Assembly (NCBI RefSeq): GCF_000143415.4
Contig: NW_003314720.1
Coordinates: forward strand, 1 to 5,642
DNA from: Selaginella moellendorffii
Lineage: Eukaryota > Plantae > Lycopodiophyta
Direction: 5' to 3'
DNA length: 5,642 nt
Below the pieces are notes generated by a model that saw only the letters and a program-made list of their open reading frames with translations, did no database searches and was not told the DNA's origin. Both the position numbers and the translations under genes were made by a program. This document shows, piece after piece, positions 4,442 to 5,642 of the stretch. Each line of letters opens with the position of its first letter. Within the stretch, counting starts at the first letter, position 1.

Positions 4442-5642
4442 GCCGGACCCAGTGTTGGGTGATGAGCTGCCCACTGGGAAGTCCAAGACTAGAGTGAACA
4501 CGGACCGACAAGCGGGGTAGCTTGGTGAAGTGTTCAAGAACCGGCTCTAGTTCCCCCGGGAGATCGACTGGCCGATGCTCCCAGTCCAAGTGTGGGTGGT
4601 ACTACCTACTTGGATACCTGGTGTGGCTCAACGGAACCCGCTCTAAGCCCATGGCTAGAGCACCCAAGGGCAGAAGGCGAGGAGAGTACCCAGGTGGCTC
4701 GCGTAAGGCCACGGTGTTCCGAAATGTTGTCCCAAAGGCCCAGACTGTGGAAAGGAAGAGGAGCAGTCCTCTGGGGTAGTGACCAAGGACACAGTCATGT
4801 GGTGAGGAAGTCCCAGAGGACCGTGGGACTTAGTGGTCGGGCCTGTGGGTCTCGATCCAGTGGCAGTGTTGGCAAACACGGCCAGGGGCAGAAAGGGACT
4901 TAGTGGGGACTGACAGAGGGATATTGGGGAAGGCTATTCCCCTTGTCGGTGGGCATCCTAAGGATGCTAAGGAGTGGATCTGAGATGACCACTCACGGAT
5001 GGTTTGCCTAGTCTTGGAGAGCCAAGACGGTGATGCAAGTGGTATTGGACTACCAGTGTGGCAAAGGTGATTGGGCATGGCCTTAGCGTAACGGGCTGCT
5101 ATGTCGGTGGTACCTTTGAGTGTCGGTCATGGGATCGGACACGTGGAGCACTTGGACCAAGTGCAAATGTTGAGTGGCATGGATGCTATTCTCGGGGCTA
5201 GCAAGTCCCAAGTCCTGGATTGGACTTATGGAGGTTGTGAATGAGACTCCTCCAAGTGGTCAGAGGTGTGGTTAAGTGACTAAAGTAGAATGGAAAATTT
5301 AGTCTCTTACAACTTGGTGGCTCTGCAACTTGGCTGAGGATAGTGATGTCCAACTTAGTTGTTTGTAGTTGAGATGTTGGTACCTATACTATAGCTTTGT
5401 TTAAGTGGAGGTTGTGTACCGATATGAGTCCATCTCGTAGTCTTCACTTTAGTTTCGACTAAGTGTTGATTACGCATAGTTAGCCTCTTCAAGGCATGCT
5501 CAGAGCCGTTGGCTAAATGTATTGGTGAGCTTATTGTGGTTGAGTTGGATTTGAGTGGTCATTTGGTTTGTGCTTGTCTATGACTTTTATCTCATACCGG
5601 AGTAACACGTTTATGTTGGACAAGTGTATGACTCGATGACGT

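Larger units (their letters stand above)
1..5642 (+). mobile_element. Possible non-autonomous LTR retrotransposon (LARD-like): end of 5' LTR, PBS, about 2.4 kb non-coding internal domain, PPT, start of 3' LTR
   Basis: Inference from a PBS-like site at 2015-2026, tandem repeats just before a PPT-like run plus TG at 4384-4396, no gag/pol coding, and CpG-depleted composition. Against it: no LTR-LTR identity is visible in the window, and there is no canonical CA immediately before the PBS-like site (aaaaaTAagt). Confidence 0.35.
4308..5642 (+). ncRNA. Second block of dense stem-loop and multibranch structure; becomes G/T-rich after about 5290; runs off the window end
   Basis: gggt-GAAA-gccc 4319-4330; gactagagt/gctctagtt 4487-4552 enclosing tgaacac/gtgttca; hairpin 4584-4615; aagtccca/tgggactt 4808-4831; ggcatcc-taa-ggatgct 4952-4968; gtcttgg-agag-ccaagac 5011-5028; gcacttg-gac-caagtgc 5148-5164; 14-bp GU-rich stem 5403-5416/5436-5449; ttagt-TTCG-actaa 5449-5462; tgcttgtcta/tggacaagtg 5571-5626. 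Confidence 0.65.

Noticed and set aside
3655-4589. Longest ORFs (118-277 aa) on both strands giving RS-, RP-, GL-, SV/SD- and ES/ET-repeat peptides
   Set aside because: They are open only because the satellites lack stop codons in most frames. Mixed 11/12-bp units shift frame, and no domain flanks the repeats.
1-5642. rRNA, group I/II intron, or an array of intrinsic terminators or REP elements
   Set aside because: I recognise no conserved rRNA segments, group II domain V or group I core. The hairpins lack U-tracts and do not share a single consensus sequence. An Rfam search is still needed to exclude these formally.

Overview
This window has no credible protein-coding gene, tRNA, rRNA or CRISPR array. 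All ORFs are short, and the few longer than about 110 aa read through simple repeats. The main signal is structural. Read on the + strand, nearly the whole window (1-3871 and 4308-5642) is a back-to-back chain of short stem-loops; I traced roughly a hundred by eye. Many are nested in multibranch domains closed by 9-15 bp long-range helices. They show frequent G-U wobbles, recurring loop sequences and internal duplications whose stems covary. A 430-bp compound satellite (11/12-mer array, then hexamer array, 3878-4307) interrupts the chain. CpG depletion and CpG-centred decay in the satellite point to a methylated eukaryotic, probably plant, genome. A candidate tRNA-Gly primer-binding site (2015-2026) and a candidate polypurine tract followed by TG (4384-4396) suggest a non-coding, non-autonomous LTR retroelement (LARD-like) whose RNA is folded almost throughout. 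That identity is inference, and all structures were read by hand, not computed.
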